Of a stretch of DNA of 47,379 bases, positions 28,150 through 37,147 are shown piece after piece. The notes below the pieces were generated by a model that did not search any database, was not told the origin of the DNA, and saw only the letters and a list, made by a program, of their open reading frames with translations. The position numbers and the translations under genes are program-made. The stretch is from a virus (Duplodnaviria; Caudoviricetes): positions 1 to 47,379 of the IMG/VR virus record IMGVR_UViG_3300019996_000008. One strand, given 5' to 3'. Each line of letters begins with the position of its first letter. Position 1 is the stretch's first letter.

Positions 28150-28250
28150 TAACTTTGAAAATGAATCTGAGTAGCTGCCAATACTTAGATGGGTACAATA
28201 TTTAATTCCCTAACGGGGGAGCTGGCAGGCGAACTCGTTAGGGTTTTTTA
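28150..28250 (+). promoter_or_regulatory. Promoter and two-hairpin attenuator-like leader of the replication operon
   Basis: TAACTTTG at 28150; hairpins 28165-28190 and 28208-28243 plus T tract; loops are complementary. Confidence 0.6.
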
Positions 28251-28264
28251 TTAACTTACACAAT

Positions 28265-28447
28265 ATGATTTGCAAAGTTTTTAGGCGTTCTATTTTAAAT
28301 CCTGAAAAAATAGAAAGAGAAATTAATGATTGGCTGGATGACGTAGATGATAGTATTGAGACAGAACTTGTAATTTATAATGTCTGCCAAACTCAAAACG
28401 ACAACGAGTTAACTATAACAATATTCTACTCTTTTAAAAATCTATAA
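28265..28447 (+). CDS. Hypothetical protein
   Basis: 60 aa, abuts the initiator gene. Confidence 0.6.
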   Translation: MICKVFRRSILNPEKIEREINDWLDDVDDSIETELVIYNVCQTQNDNELTITIFYSFKNL

Positions 28448-28855
28448 ATGCCTCCACAAGCAAAAGATTCATTCTACTTCAGTCACGATAGCAATGCAAG
28501 AAACGATGTAAAAATGATTGCAGTAAGAAGAAAATTAGGAATGGCTGGGTATGGTTTATATTTCTGCATTATAGAAATATTAAGAGAGCAAGCCGATTAT
28601 AAAATGAAACTAGCTGCCATTGATGATATAGCCTTTAATCTTAGTGTTACTGCCGAACAAGTGAATGATATAATAAAATCTTATGATCTTTTTAAAATCG
28701 AAGGTGATAGTTTTTATTCCGAATCATTAATAAGACGAATGGCAATGTATAATGAAATGAAAGACAAACTATCTAAAGCCGGGAAGAAAGGAATGGATGC
28801 AAGATGGGGTAAGAAAGAAGAATCAACAGCCGCACCACTTAAACGAATCATGTAA
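28448..28855 (+). CDS. Replication initiator-like protein (DUF4373/Lin1244-like N-terminal domain only)
   Basis: YFSHDSNARND.K, GMAGYGLYF.IIE.L, FYSESL..RM, AGKKG..RW. Confidence 0.75.
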   Translation: MPPQAKDSFYFSHDSNARNDVKMIAVRRKLGMAGYGLYFCIIEILREQADYKMKLAAIDDIAFNLSVTAEQVNDIIKSYDLFKIEGDSFYSESLIRRMAMYNEMKDKLSKAGKKGMDARWGKKEESTAAPLKRIM

Positions 28856-30237
28856 TGTTTGTAAAAGATAAACACTATTCAACGGATCTGGAGCGAGCAA
28901 TAATTGGCATTTGCTTATTAGAAAAAGAAGCATTTGGAAGAGTTTATTCTCTTATAGAAACTCAATGCTTTTATCACAATGCTCACCAGGTTATATTCGA
29001 CACTATAAAAAATATGTATGTTAATGGACTTCCTATTGACATACTAACCGTAAATGATTTTATACAACGCATTAAGGGAATAAAAACTATAAATAAAACT
29101 GAAACAGCTTACTTCCTTACACGACTAACAAATGATGTTACTTCATCTGCTAATTTAGAATATCATTCTTACGTGGTTAAAACCATGTGGATGGAGCGGG
29201 AGGTTATAACACTCACTTCATCCGGTGATAAATTACAAGGTAACACAAGAGATAAAATAAAGGAACTTCAGGATAAACTTTACGAACTACAACAAAAAAC
29301 AGTCACACATGATTGGGCCGATATGTCACAACTAATGGTTGAACTTTACCAACATCAAACATTAATGAAAGAATCGGGTGGACTCGGTTTATCAACAGGT
29401 ATAAAAGAAATTGATATTGAGAACGGTGGTTTCCATCCTGGTCAAATGGTTGTGATCGGAGCGAGGCCATCGGTGGGTAAATCTGCCCTTGCAGGGTCAA
29501 TAGCTCTTCATGCTGCCAAAAACAAACAGAAGGTTGGTATTATCTCACTCGAAATGTCGAACACAGAAATAGCAGCCAGATTAGCGGCAATAGACACTAA
29601 TACTGACTTTAGTGTTTTGTATCGTGGCTTATACCGTGACGAATATCAAACGCAGCAAGTTTATGATAAGATCGGTAATCACACTTCGCAACTTCCAATT
29701 TATGTTACTGATAAAACAAATGTGAATGTAGTTGAGATAAGATCAAAGGCTGATAAATTAAAATCATTACACGGGTTAGATTTACTTATAATAGATTACT
29801 TACAGCTTATTGATGTGCCTGAAATGCACAATAGAACAAGAGAAAATGAAATATCAAAAGTTAGTCGCTATACTAAGATAATGGCAAAGGAATTAAACAT
29901 TCCGGTTGTGTTATTATGCCAACTTAATCGTGAATCAACAAAGCGGCATGGTGATGCTCGTTACCCACAACTTTCTGACCTTCGGGAATCAGGGTCTATT
30001 GAGCAGGATGCAGACGTTGTTTTATTCCTTCACCGGGATTATATGATCGGTATGCCATTTAATGAAGATGGTTCAAGTACCGAGTTACAGGCCGATTTAG
30101 TGGTAAGAAAATGGAGAAATGGGAAAAATAATTTTATAGTCCCTATGGACTTCGATCCGCCAAAGATGAATTTTGTTTCACGTGGAACATTTTTAAATAC
30201 AGTGCCTCAAACATGGCAACCGATTAAGGATGACTAG
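28855..30237 (+). CDS. dnaB: Replicative DNA helicase
   Basis: GARPSVGKS, SLEMS, IIDYLQL, QLNR, LSDLRESGSIEQDADVV, KWRNG. Confidence 0.95.
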   Translation: MFVKDKHYSTDLERAIIGICLLEKEAFGRVYSLIETQCFYHNAHQVIFDTIKNMYVNGLPIDILTVNDFIQRIKGIKTINKTETAYFLTRLTNDVTSSANLEYHSYVVKTMWMEREVITLTSSGDKLQGNTRDKIKELQDKLYELQQKTVTHDWADMSQLMVELYQHQTLMKESGGLGLSTGIKEIDIENGGFHPGQMVVIGARPSVGKSALAGSIALHAAKNKQKVGIISLEMSNTEIAARLAAIDTNTDFSVLYRGLYRDEYQTQQVYDKIGNHTSQLPIYVTDKTNVNVVEIRSKADKLKSLHGLDLLIIDYLQLIDVPEMHNRTRENEISKVSRYTKIMAKELNIPVVLLCQLNRESTKRHGDARYPQLSDLRESGSIEQDADVVLFLHRDYMIGMPFNEDGSSTELQADLVVRKWRNGKNNFIVPMDFDPPKMNFVSRGTFLNTVPQTWQPIKDD

Positions 30238-30345
30238 TTTATATCCTGTTATAAGGTTGTTATATCATCGTTATAACAAGGCAATAACATTAAATAAATA
30301 AATAAATAAATATAGTAAGGTTGTTATAACAGGGTTATAAATACA
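30237..30345. repeat. Iteron-like array, candidate replication origin
   Basis: GTTATA at 30248, 30259, 30270 and at 30323, 30334 (11-bp period) flanking a (TAAA)5 tract. Confidence 0.65.
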
Positions 30346-30384
30346 AAAAATGATTAATTTAGATGATTATTGTCAAATATTGTC

Positions 30385-30783
30385 ATGGCTGAATTTTACT
30401 TATCTGATGAAGAGTTTTTTAGCATCCTGCGTGAAAATGCTGGCTTATTTGCCCGTACTGCCAAAGCAATCAGTGAAACCTACGGCATAGAATACAGCCG
30501 ACAGGCAGCCCGGCAAAGGGCTTTAATGAGTCCCGAAATATTAGCTGATATTGATGATGAAAGTTTGGACCTGGCTGAAGGAGGTATGAATGATCTAATG
30601 AAATCACTTGATGAAGACGTAAAGTTTAAATCGTGTCAGTTTGTTTTAAAAACAAAAGGAAAGAAACGTGGCTACGTAGAACGAGTTGAGAACGCAGTAA
30701 CAGATAACGACGGGAATAATATTCAACCTATCATAAACATAAACGTAATAAGAACGAAGAAAGAAATTGATGATTCGTTGTAA
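30385..30783 (+). CDS. Probable terminase small subunit
   Basis: N-terminal HTH, LD.AE..L, FVLKTKGKKRGYVER and C-terminal ININV; likely start ATG 30385. Confidence 0.7.
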   Translation: MAEFYLSDEEFFSILRENAGLFARTAKAISETYGIEYSRQAARQRALMSPEILADIDDESLDLAEGGMNDLMKSLDEDVKFKSCQFVLKTKGKKRGYVERVENAVTDNDGNNIQPIININVIRTKKEIDDSL

Positions 30784-30824
30784 CTTGTTTTTCATAAATA
30801 AGGTTTAATGGTTTTTTGATAAGA

Positions 30825-30858
30825 GTCCTGGTTAATCTTAGCCGGGACTTATTGTTTG
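30825..30858 (+). terminator. Terminator after TerS
   Basis: AGTCCTGGTTAA/TTAGCCGGGACT hairpin then TATTGTTT. Confidence 0.7.
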
Positions 30859-30865
30859 AGGGAAT

Positions 30866-30920
30866 TAAAAAACCCCTGTAGAAACAGAGGTTGATGGTTT
30901 TTCATATTCATCCTATGAAG
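30866..30920 (-). ncRNA. Candidate ~55-nt small RNA
   Basis: Minus-strand TTTG-19nt-TAACTTTA promoter (30955-30925) and terminator AACCTCTGT-TTCT-ACAGGGGTT-TTTT. Confidence 0.4.
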
Positions 30921-30964
30921 GAAATAAAGTTAAAGAATTATTTCTTACTTTCAAATTTATTTTA

Positions 30965-31092
30965 TAGCTTAGTCATTCTAAACTGCATTGTGCCGCAGAT
31001 GATCAAAAAATATAACGATAATAAAGGTAGTACATTAACTGCGTCTCCATCTTCGGGTGACGGCGGCACAACTTTTAGTGTACTGCCCTTAC
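30965..31092 (+). promoter_or_regulatory. Structured leader of the mom-containing operon
   Basis: 13-bp stem 31026-31038/31075-31087; TTGTGCCGC (30988) is complementary to GCGGCACAA (31063). Confidence 0.5.
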
Positions 31093-31107
31093 TATTAAAA
31101 TATATGT

Positions 31108-31284
31108 ATGAAAACATACACCAAGAACGGGTTTAGATTTTTCTATGATACCCATATTAAGTTTTGGACTGTGTTAAAAATTGATAAGGATGGCAATCAA
31201 ATAGGCACTGCTGAATATTTTCCTAATAAAGAAAATCTTTTTATAAACTATCCGTACTTTAAGTATTCTGTTAATGCGAAATGA
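31108..31284 (+). CDS. Hypothetical protein (58 aa, missing from ORF track)
   Basis: MKTYTKNGFRFFYDTHIKFW...; stop overlaps the mom start (ATGA). Confidence 0.6.
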   Translation: MKTYTKNGFRFFYDTHIKFWTVLKIDKDGNQIGTAEYFPNKENLFINYPYFKYSVNAK

Positions 31285-31925
31285 TTAAAAATAATTTCAA
31301 TATAAAACCAATAGACTACAAAACAGCTATGAGTATTGTTATTGAAAATCATTACTTACACAGGAAAGCCCCTTGCTCTTTTGCTTTTGGTCTATTTGAC
31401 AAAGAAAACATTATCGGTGTTGTGGTTTACGGTACGCCATCATCTGCGCCGCTTAGAATGGGTATTTGCGGAATAGATGAAAAGAATAATGTTATCGAAC
31501 TAACAAGATTATGGGTTAATGATTCTGCACCTAAGAATTGTGAAAGTTATTTGATAGGCAATACGCTTGGCTTGGTTGATAAAGAAATAATTGTTTCATT
31601 CGCTGAGATTAATCAGGGGCATTTAGGAATAGTTTACCAAGCTACCAACTGGATTTATACCGGTCTATCTGCCAAGAGAACTAACTGGACTATTGAAGGA
31701 AATAATAAGCATTGCCAAACGATAGCGGATAAATATACCGCTTCTGAAATTCGTGAAAAGTACGGTGATAAATTTTCGTTGGTTGATCGTCCAAGAAAAC
31801 ACAGGTATGTTTATTTCAATGCTAATAAAAAAAGAAGGAAACAATTAATTAATAAACTTAAATATGGTATCTTACCATACCCCAAACACAATGACAACAG
31901 AAACCAAGAAAACCAGAACGCCTAA
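31281..31925 (+). CDS. mom: Mom-like adenine modification protein (GNAT superfamily)
   Basis: HYLH, IELTRLW, NCESYLIG, GHLGIVYQATNWIYTG, KHRYVY. Confidence 0.8.
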   Translation: MIKNNFNIKPIDYKTAMSIVIENHYLHRKAPCSFAFGLFDKENIIGVVVYGTPSSAPLRMGICGIDEKNNVIELTRLWVNDSAPKNCESYLIGNTLGLVDKEIIVSFAEINQGHLGIVYQATNWIYTGLSAKRTNWTIEGNNKHCQTIADKYTASEIREKYGDKFSLVDRPRKHRYVYFNANKKRRKQLINKLKYGILPYPKHNDNRNQENQNA

Positions 31926-32079
31926 GAATGCAGAAAGTATTACCAAAGGCGCATTAGCTTTATCTCTGAAAGATCGTGTTAACCTTGTTAAGTATCTGCA
32001 AGATTCAATTCAAGCAGAAGTTGAAATGCTTAAAGGAGCTGCTGATGCGGCTGCTCAAATTGCTGGAGGTGTGCAATGA
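31891..32079 (+). CDS. Hypothetical protein
   Basis: Likely start ATG 31891; helical. Confidence 0.55.
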   Translation: MTTETKKTRTPKNAESITKGALALSLKDRVNLVKYLQDSIQAEVEMLKGAADAAAQIAGGVQ

Positions 32080-32402
32080 GATTAGATATTTATCATCACA
32101 TGGTTTACGATGACAACTGTAAAGAGTTGGACATAAAACAGTCTCTCAATTCAATTTTTAATATTCTAAAACAAATCAAAATGGAACAATCAGAATTAGC
32201 GGCGAAACTTGTTTCCCTTGCTACCCAGCTTGAAAAAGTTAAAACAGAGATCAATGCAAAGATCGACTTACTTGAATCAGCTATCGAAGCTGCTGACGAT
32301 GTAAGCCCTGAAGTTGAAGCAGCTTTTGATGCTGTTAAAACTGCGGTCCAGGGTATTGATGACATTAACCCTGATGCAGAACCAGAATCAGGAACTGTGT
32401 AA
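32076..32402 (+). CDS. Acidic coiled-coil protein (alternative start 32181)
   Basis: Heptad pattern; followed by a terminator. Confidence 0.6.
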   Translation: MRLDIYHHMVYDDNCKELDIKQSLNSIFNILKQIKMEQSELAAKLVSLATQLEKVKTEINAKIDLLESAIEAADDVSPEVEAAFDAVKTAVQGIDDINPDAEPESGTV

Positions 32403-32405
32403 CCA

Positions 32406-32432
32406 ATAGCCCTGAGTGATCGGGGCTATTTA
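32406..32432 (+). terminator. Hairpin/terminator
   Basis: AATAGCCCTGA-GTGA-TCGGGGCTATT. Confidence 0.6.
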
Positions 32433-32445
32433 AAACTAATCTAAG

Positions 32446-32628
32446 ATGCCAACTACAAGACAAGACAGAGATTTTAAGGATTATCTATCGCAAAAAATAG
32501 AATCAACATTATCTAATGATGCACTGCAAGAAGCTATTGATTGGATAGCCAGTAACCTAAACCCGGATGATGTTTTTTCAACTAAAGACTTAGAGGCTTG
32601 GGCTGAATCAAATAACTATATCCAATAA
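32446..32628 (+). CDS. Hypothetical protein
   Basis: 60-aa ORF in operon. Confidence 0.6.
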   Translation: MPTTRQDRDFKDYLSQKIESTLSNDALQEAIDWIASNLNPDDVFSTKDLEAWAESNNYIQ

Positions 32629-32633
32629 TAACT

Positions 32634-32894
32634 ATGCGCTTCACCCTCTTCATACTAATCTGCTGCATCATTGCTTCACTGTGTTCGTGTAGTAAAGGCT
32701 GGGAAGATATTTCAGAGATGCCAAAGCAAACTAAAATGTACCGTGTCAGTAAGTGGTATGAACTGAATTGGAAGTTCAGAGATAGTTCGTTTGTTGAAGT
32801 TGCTTACAACCCTGCGTTACTGAAGTACAGTGATACAACTATTTTCCCGGTAACTTGCCCATTGAGTGGGATAGAAGTGAGGTATTATAAATGA
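32634..32894 (+). CDS. Small lipoprotein
   Basis: Hydrophobic N-terminus ending LCS-C. Confidence 0.55.
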   Translation: MRFTLFILICCIIASLCSCSKGWEDISEMPKQTKMYRVSKWYELNWKFRDSSFVEVAYNPALLKYSDTTIFPVTCPLSGIEVRYYK

Positions 32895-33124
32895 ATAATA
32901 TGACACCAAAAGAAAAAGCAACTGAGCTTACCAATAAGTATTGCCAAGTATTATTTGGTGATGAAAGATTTGTGAATATTAACAATCCTAAAAAATGTAT
33001 ATTGATACTTTGCGATGAAATAATAGAATCGTATAAACAGTTTACGGGGATGTATGATCAAGAGTTTTTTGATAGTCAACACGATTTTTGGATAGAAGTG
33101 AAAAAAGAGATTGCGAAACTATGA
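32891..33124 (+). CDS. Hypothetical protein
   Basis: MTPKEKA.EL..W.EVK.EI pattern common in Bacteroidota phages; ATGA overlaps. Confidence 0.65.
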   Translation: MNNMTPKEKATELTNKYCQVLFGDERFVNINNPKKCILILCDEIIESYKQFTGMYDQEFFDSQHDFWIEVKKEIAKL

Positions 33125-33315
33125 CCTCCAAACTCCTTACCATAAAACTCTTTTACAACTTAGCAAACCAGTTGCACTATATTCAACTTGGCGGAACTAT
33201 CTATTCAGTTCCTGCTACATGGGCAATAGAGATCAAGAAACGTGAAGGGTTGGATATTCGTAACGCTAAGGATGTACATGATATGCAGGAAATTAGTAAT
33301 AATGATAAGATATGA
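33121..33315 (+). CDS. Hypothetical protein
   Basis: Likely start ATG 33121 (ATGA overlap). Confidence 0.55.
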   Translation: MTSKLLTIKLFYNLANQLHYIQLGGTIYSVPATWAIEIKKREGLDIRNAKDVHDMQEISNNDKI

Positions 33316-33584
33316 AAATATATAAATACGATTTTAATTTTACAATGTTTGCAAGAAATGGTGTAGCTGAAATTTCATTACCAGTAGGGTATAAAATATT
33401 AGATATACAAGAACAAACTGGCGAATTAAAGTTGTGGGCTATTGTTGATGAGAACGAAGATCATATGGACTTAGCAAGATTTTTTATTTGGGGTACCGGA
33501 TTTGATTTCCCAGATAAAAGCAAATTGAAATATTTTAAAACTGTTCAGGTTAATGAATTAGTCTGGCACATATTTACAGAATGA
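33312..33584 (+). CDS. Conserved phage hypothetical protein
   Basis: IYKY..LWA.VD..GTG..TVQ..VWH.F pattern. Confidence 0.65.
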   Translation: MKIYKYDFNFTMFARNGVAEISLPVGYKILDIQEQTGELKLWAIVDENEDHMDLARFFIWGTGFDFPDKSKLKYFKTVQVNELVWHIFTE

Positions 33585-34219
33585 CAATAGCCTACCCCCT
33601 CAAATCCCAATCTGATTACTCAGAACTACGTTACTCGCTAAGATCAATCGAAAGATTTTACAGAGGTAACGAAGTTGTAATCATAGGCAGTAAGTTGCCA
33701 GACTGGATTGATAACGTAACCTGGATAAGAGTTGAGGATATACCGAATAGAAAACAATTAACTATCAAGTACAAGATATTAGCAGCATTAGAATATACTG
33801 ATGAAATATATTTTATGAATGATGATGTTTTCTTACTTCAGCCGCCTACGTTTAAATATTACTATCACGGTGATCTGGCTTCGGTAGGTGAATCAGGAGC
33901 AAGACCGTTGCTGAAGCAGTTACAGTCATTCGGTAAACCAACTAAGAACTTCGATGGGCATTATCCTCTGGTATATCATAAAGACTTTAAAAAGGTTATG
34001 GATAACTTTGCACATGATGTGATTGTGAAGAGTGCGTATTGTAATTACTTAGAGATTGAAGGCGAGAAGGTAGCTGATAATAAAATCATAGGTAAGAAAG
34101 TAGATTTAAAGGAGTTTATTTGGAATCGTAATTCAATCTCAACTGGTGAGAGTAGTTGGGCGGTAGTGCAGCCAGTAGTTGCGGAGGTGTTTAAACAAAA
34201 ATCAATGTATGAGAAATGA
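33581..34219 (+). CDS. Stealth-like sugar-phosphotransferase
   Basis: ELRYSLRSIE and FMNDDVF match Stealth conserved region 2; H.P motif. Confidence 0.65.
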   Translation: MTIAYPLKSQSDYSELRYSLRSIERFYRGNEVVIIGSKLPDWIDNVTWIRVEDIPNRKQLTIKYKILAALEYTDEIYFMNDDVFLLQPPTFKYYYHGDLASVGESGARPLLKQLQSFGKPTKNFDGHYPLVYHKDFKKVMDNFAHDVIVKSAYCNYLEIEGEKVADNKIIGKKVDLKEFIWNRNSISTGESSWAVVQPVVAEVFKQKSMYEK

Positions 34220-34422
34220 AAATTAATATTATGGAAGATACTAATTTAACATATGATAGTTGCAAAAATTGCGATAAATTGGAAGCAGAAATATGCCGGC
34301 TTGAAATGATATGGGAAACAGAAAGAGGGAATAATAATAGATTGAAGAAAGAGAACGAAAGATTGAAGGCGCTTATTAAATTAGCAAATATAAAAGGGTT
34401 ATTGCCAAATGAATCAGAATGA
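34216..34422 (+). CDS. Hypothetical coiled-coil protein
   Basis: Coupled ORF. Confidence 0.55.
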   Translation: MKINIMEDTNLTYDSCKNCDKLEAEICRLEMIWETERGNNNRLKKENERLKALIKLANIKGLLPNESE

Positions 34423-34819
34423 ACTTCGTATAGGGAATTATGTTAATGATAGTAAGACTGGTAAAGTTGTTACTGTTGATGGCATTCAATTTACTGGTAG
34501 AATAGTTACACATGACGAAAGTTATGATGACTGGAAGAGAGGTATCGAGCCAGTGGGTATCCCTCTCACTCCTGAAATATTAGAGAGGGCGGGGTTTGAG
34601 AAAGAGTTTTCGGCATCTAATATTGGGGTAACGGTTGAAGAAACATTGAATTTTCGGAAGTACGGAGGGACACGAACATATTTTACTGGTTGGCAGAATG
34701 GTAAAGTTCACATAAGCCCTGATATGAATTGTTGTGCTTCAATCAAACTTAAGTTTGTTCACCAACTCCAAAACCTTTACTTCGCATTAACCGGTGAGGA
34801 GCTACCGATAGAGCTATGA
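34409..34819 (+). CDS. Conserved Bacteroidota phage hypothetical protein
   Basis: ELRIGNYV..IPLTPEIL..GF..VHQLQNLYFALTGEEL. Confidence 0.7.
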   Translation: MNQNELRIGNYVNDSKTGKVVTVDGIQFTGRIVTHDESYDDWKRGIEPVGIPLTPEILERAGFEKEFSASNIGVTVEETLNFRKYGGTRTYFTGWQNGKVHISPDMNCCASIKLKFVHQLQNLYFALTGEELPIEL

Positions 34820-35109
34820 CATATTATTTTCTTCAATCACGGCTTAATGGTAAAATTGCAAATGTTGGTCATTCTAAGAATGATGAAACAGGTGAGATTT
34901 ATTTTAAGTTTATAGATAAGAAAAAATGCAGGAAGTTAATGCAGGATGAAATGAAGATTAGTCCAGAGTATGATTACAGAATAATGAAAGTAATTGAAAG
35001 AATTGAAATAGGCGCATGGATTGAATCAAATAAAACAGGTTTAATAAAAAATCCCGAGAGTTTTGGTGGCGAAGCACCTGTTAAGCCTGAAATAAACCAA
35101 GAATTATGA
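34816..35109 (+). CDS. Hypothetical protein
   Basis: ATGA overlaps. Confidence 0.55.
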   Translation: MTYYFLQSRLNGKIANVGHSKNDETGEIYFKFIDKKKCRKLMQDEMKISPEYDYRIMKVIERIEIGAWIESNKTGLIKNPESFGGEAPVKPEINQEL

Positions 35110-35765
35110 CAATCCAAAACATCCCACTATCTTTCTACTGCTCCCGTCTTGACGCAGGCGAAAACTTCAAGTTCCTTCGCTTCGGTGATGGTGAGTTTCA
35201 TTGTTACTTAGGCAGTGATATTGTAATCGGTAAGAATGAGCATGAAGTTTACCCAGAGTTAACGAGTAAGATTAAGAGTATAGTTGATAATTTAAACCCG
35301 TCGCATTATAACGCTTTACAGCCATTCAGTTTAACTATACCAGCGTTTGCTTCAGTGATACCCGATATTAACTGGTTAAATGCAGACGTATTTCATAACG
35401 CTTCTGAAGCAGGTGAATTGGCTCCGTTCTTTAGGTCGTTACAGGGAAGGGATGTTGTGTTGGTTAGTAGTAAAGAGAAGAAACAATTTAATAGGGGATG
35501 GGATTTTATAGAAGTTAGGCAGAAGAATTGTTTTCAAGATTATAACTGGGTAGTAAATCATATCTATGATATTTGTGATGATTCAAAAGATAAAGTATTT
35601 TTATTCGCAGCATCCCGTCTCTCAGTCCCTGTAATCTACGACGGCCCTGAAGATTGCACTATGATTGATATTGGTTCGTTGTTAGATCCGTATATTGGTC
35701 GGGTGACAAGAGGGTATCATAAGAGAATGACGGAGGATGTGATAAAGAAAAATTTAAGTTTATGA
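35106..35765 (+). CDS. GT-D-fold-like glycosyltransferase
   Basis: RFGDGE and IDIGSLLD motifs of the DUF1792/GT-D family. Confidence 0.7.
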   Translation: MTIQNIPLSFYCSRLDAGENFKFLRFGDGEFHCYLGSDIVIGKNEHEVYPELTSKIKSIVDNLNPSHYNALQPFSLTIPAFASVIPDINWLNADVFHNASEAGELAPFFRSLQGRDVVLVSSKEKKQFNRGWDFIEVRQKNCFQDYNWVVNHIYDICDDSKDKVFLFAASRLSVPVIYDGPEDCTMIDIGSLLDPYIGRVTRGYHKRMTEDVIKKNLSL

Positions 35766-36001
35766 CAGACTTCAACATAGGTGCTTTCAAAAAGATAATT
35801 AATGAGATGCCAGATGACGCTGTAATTTCTGGACTTAACTACGGTGATAAATTACAGGAATTTAGTTATCTTAAAAGAATATTATTACTGGAAGATAGCG
35901 AAGGAAATAAAGTAATTGTATTTAATCCAATGGGTACACATTACTTTGATCTTGTAGAGAAAGAAGGTTATAAATATTTACAACATTGGGATGAGTTTTA
36001 A
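35762..36001 (+). CDS. Hypothetical protein
   Basis: Coupled ORF. Confidence 0.55.
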   Translation: MTDFNIGAFKKIINEMPDDAVISGLNYGDKLQEFSYLKRILLLEDSEGNKVIVFNPMGTHYFDLVEKEGYKYLQHWDEF

Positions 36002-36002
36002 T

Positions 36003-36920
36003 ATGACAATCGGCTTCCTTATACGAACAGGTGGAATATTCGGATCAGTCAGAGAAGTGATCGAAAACGGTAACGTATTAACTGAACTTGGTCACGATGT
36101 TACTATTTACACTGATCACGGGAAGGATTTAGGTTGGTTACCTAACATCTGCCAATGGGAATCTAACGAGAAGATAAAGCCGTTGGATTGTTTAATCTTC
36201 ATTGATGATCCTGATGAGAAGTATTACGAACTATTTAAACGAGCTGAAGCGAAAGTGAAAGCCTACTGTATGTTAGGGTTTGATAAGTCAAGAATCAACG
36301 GTCAGTTTGTTTCACCCGTTCACCATGAGTTAATAACTAACTACTGGCCGTTGGCAGATTCAGATTGGCAACTGGAGATTATTAGATATTTCAATCCAGA
36401 TTGCGGCCCATCAATAGGTGGTATCAATACTACTCAGTTCAAACCAGTAGTAAGAAAGAAAATGTTTGATGTCTCATGGTCTAACGATCCACGCCCTCGT
36501 AAAGATAGTAAGACGGTAGCTGAAGCAATCGGGAAGATCAGTAATAAATCATATTACAGAAAAGGCATCAAGCAAGATGACTTAAAGAAGTTCCTATGCG
36601 ATTCGAGGGTATTTGTAGACGGTCATCTTAGAGGCGGGTGGTGTAATCCAGTAGCTGAAGCAATGGCCTGTGGTGTGCCTGTGGTGTGTACAGAGACGCC
36701 TTGTAATAGTTCGTTTGCAATAGATGATTTTACTTGTATAAGAGTTAAAGAAGGTGATAGTGTTGGGATGAGGGCGGGGATATTGAAGTTGCTGAGCAAT
36801 GAGCAGTACGCAAAGTATCTATCCGGTAATGCTTTGGATCTTATTCGGAAGTTCGATTATAGGATAGTGGGGAAGAGGTTGAGTGATGCGATTATTGAGA
36901 AAGTAAATAAAGTTGTATGA
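36003..36920 (+). CDS. Glycosyltransferase, GT-B/GT4-like
   Basis: LTELGHDVTIY, RKD, EAMACGVPVV; likely start ATG 36003. Confidence 0.85.
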   Translation: MTIGFLIRTGGIFGSVREVIENGNVLTELGHDVTIYTDHGKDLGWLPNICQWESNEKIKPLDCLIFIDDPDEKYYELFKRAEAKVKAYCMLGFDKSRINGQFVSPVHHELITNYWPLADSDWQLEIIRYFNPDCGPSIGGINTTQFKPVVRKKMFDVSWSNDPRPRKDSKTVAEAIGKISNKSYYRKGIKQDDLKKFLCDSRVFVDGHLRGGWCNPVAEAMACGVPVVCTETPCNSSFAIDDFTCIRVKEGDSVGMRAGILKLLSNEQYAKYLSGNALDLIRKFDYRIVGKRLSDAIIEKVNKVV

Positions 36921-37147
36921 ATACAGACGAAAGGCCATCGGTAAAATTATGGAACTATGTTTTTGAAAATTGCGGATGCCAATTTATAAAGCATGAACGG
37001 GCTTATTCTGCTTTTATGACTTTAGCCGGATACGATTATCAAGAGTTTGAGCCATCTGAACATTCAGCAAGAGTTAAGTTGGCAGATAAAGTATTTTGTA
37101 ATAGTATGGTTATTGAATGGTTTAAAAAGAAGTTTGATTGTGCATGA
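36917..37147 (+). CDS. Hypothetical protein
   Basis: ATGA overlaps. Confidence 0.55.
   Translation: MNTDERPSVKLWNYVFENCGCQFIKHERAYSAFMTLAGYDYQEFEPSEHSARVKLADKVFCNSMVIEWFKKKFDCA

Noticed and set aside
30237-30345. CRISPR-like array
   Set aside because: Repeats are 6-bp cores at an 11-bp period with no spacers or cas genes.
30891-31136. 81-aa track ORF
   Set aside because: TTG start and it runs through promoter and hairpin sequence; a better-coupled ORF starts at 31108.
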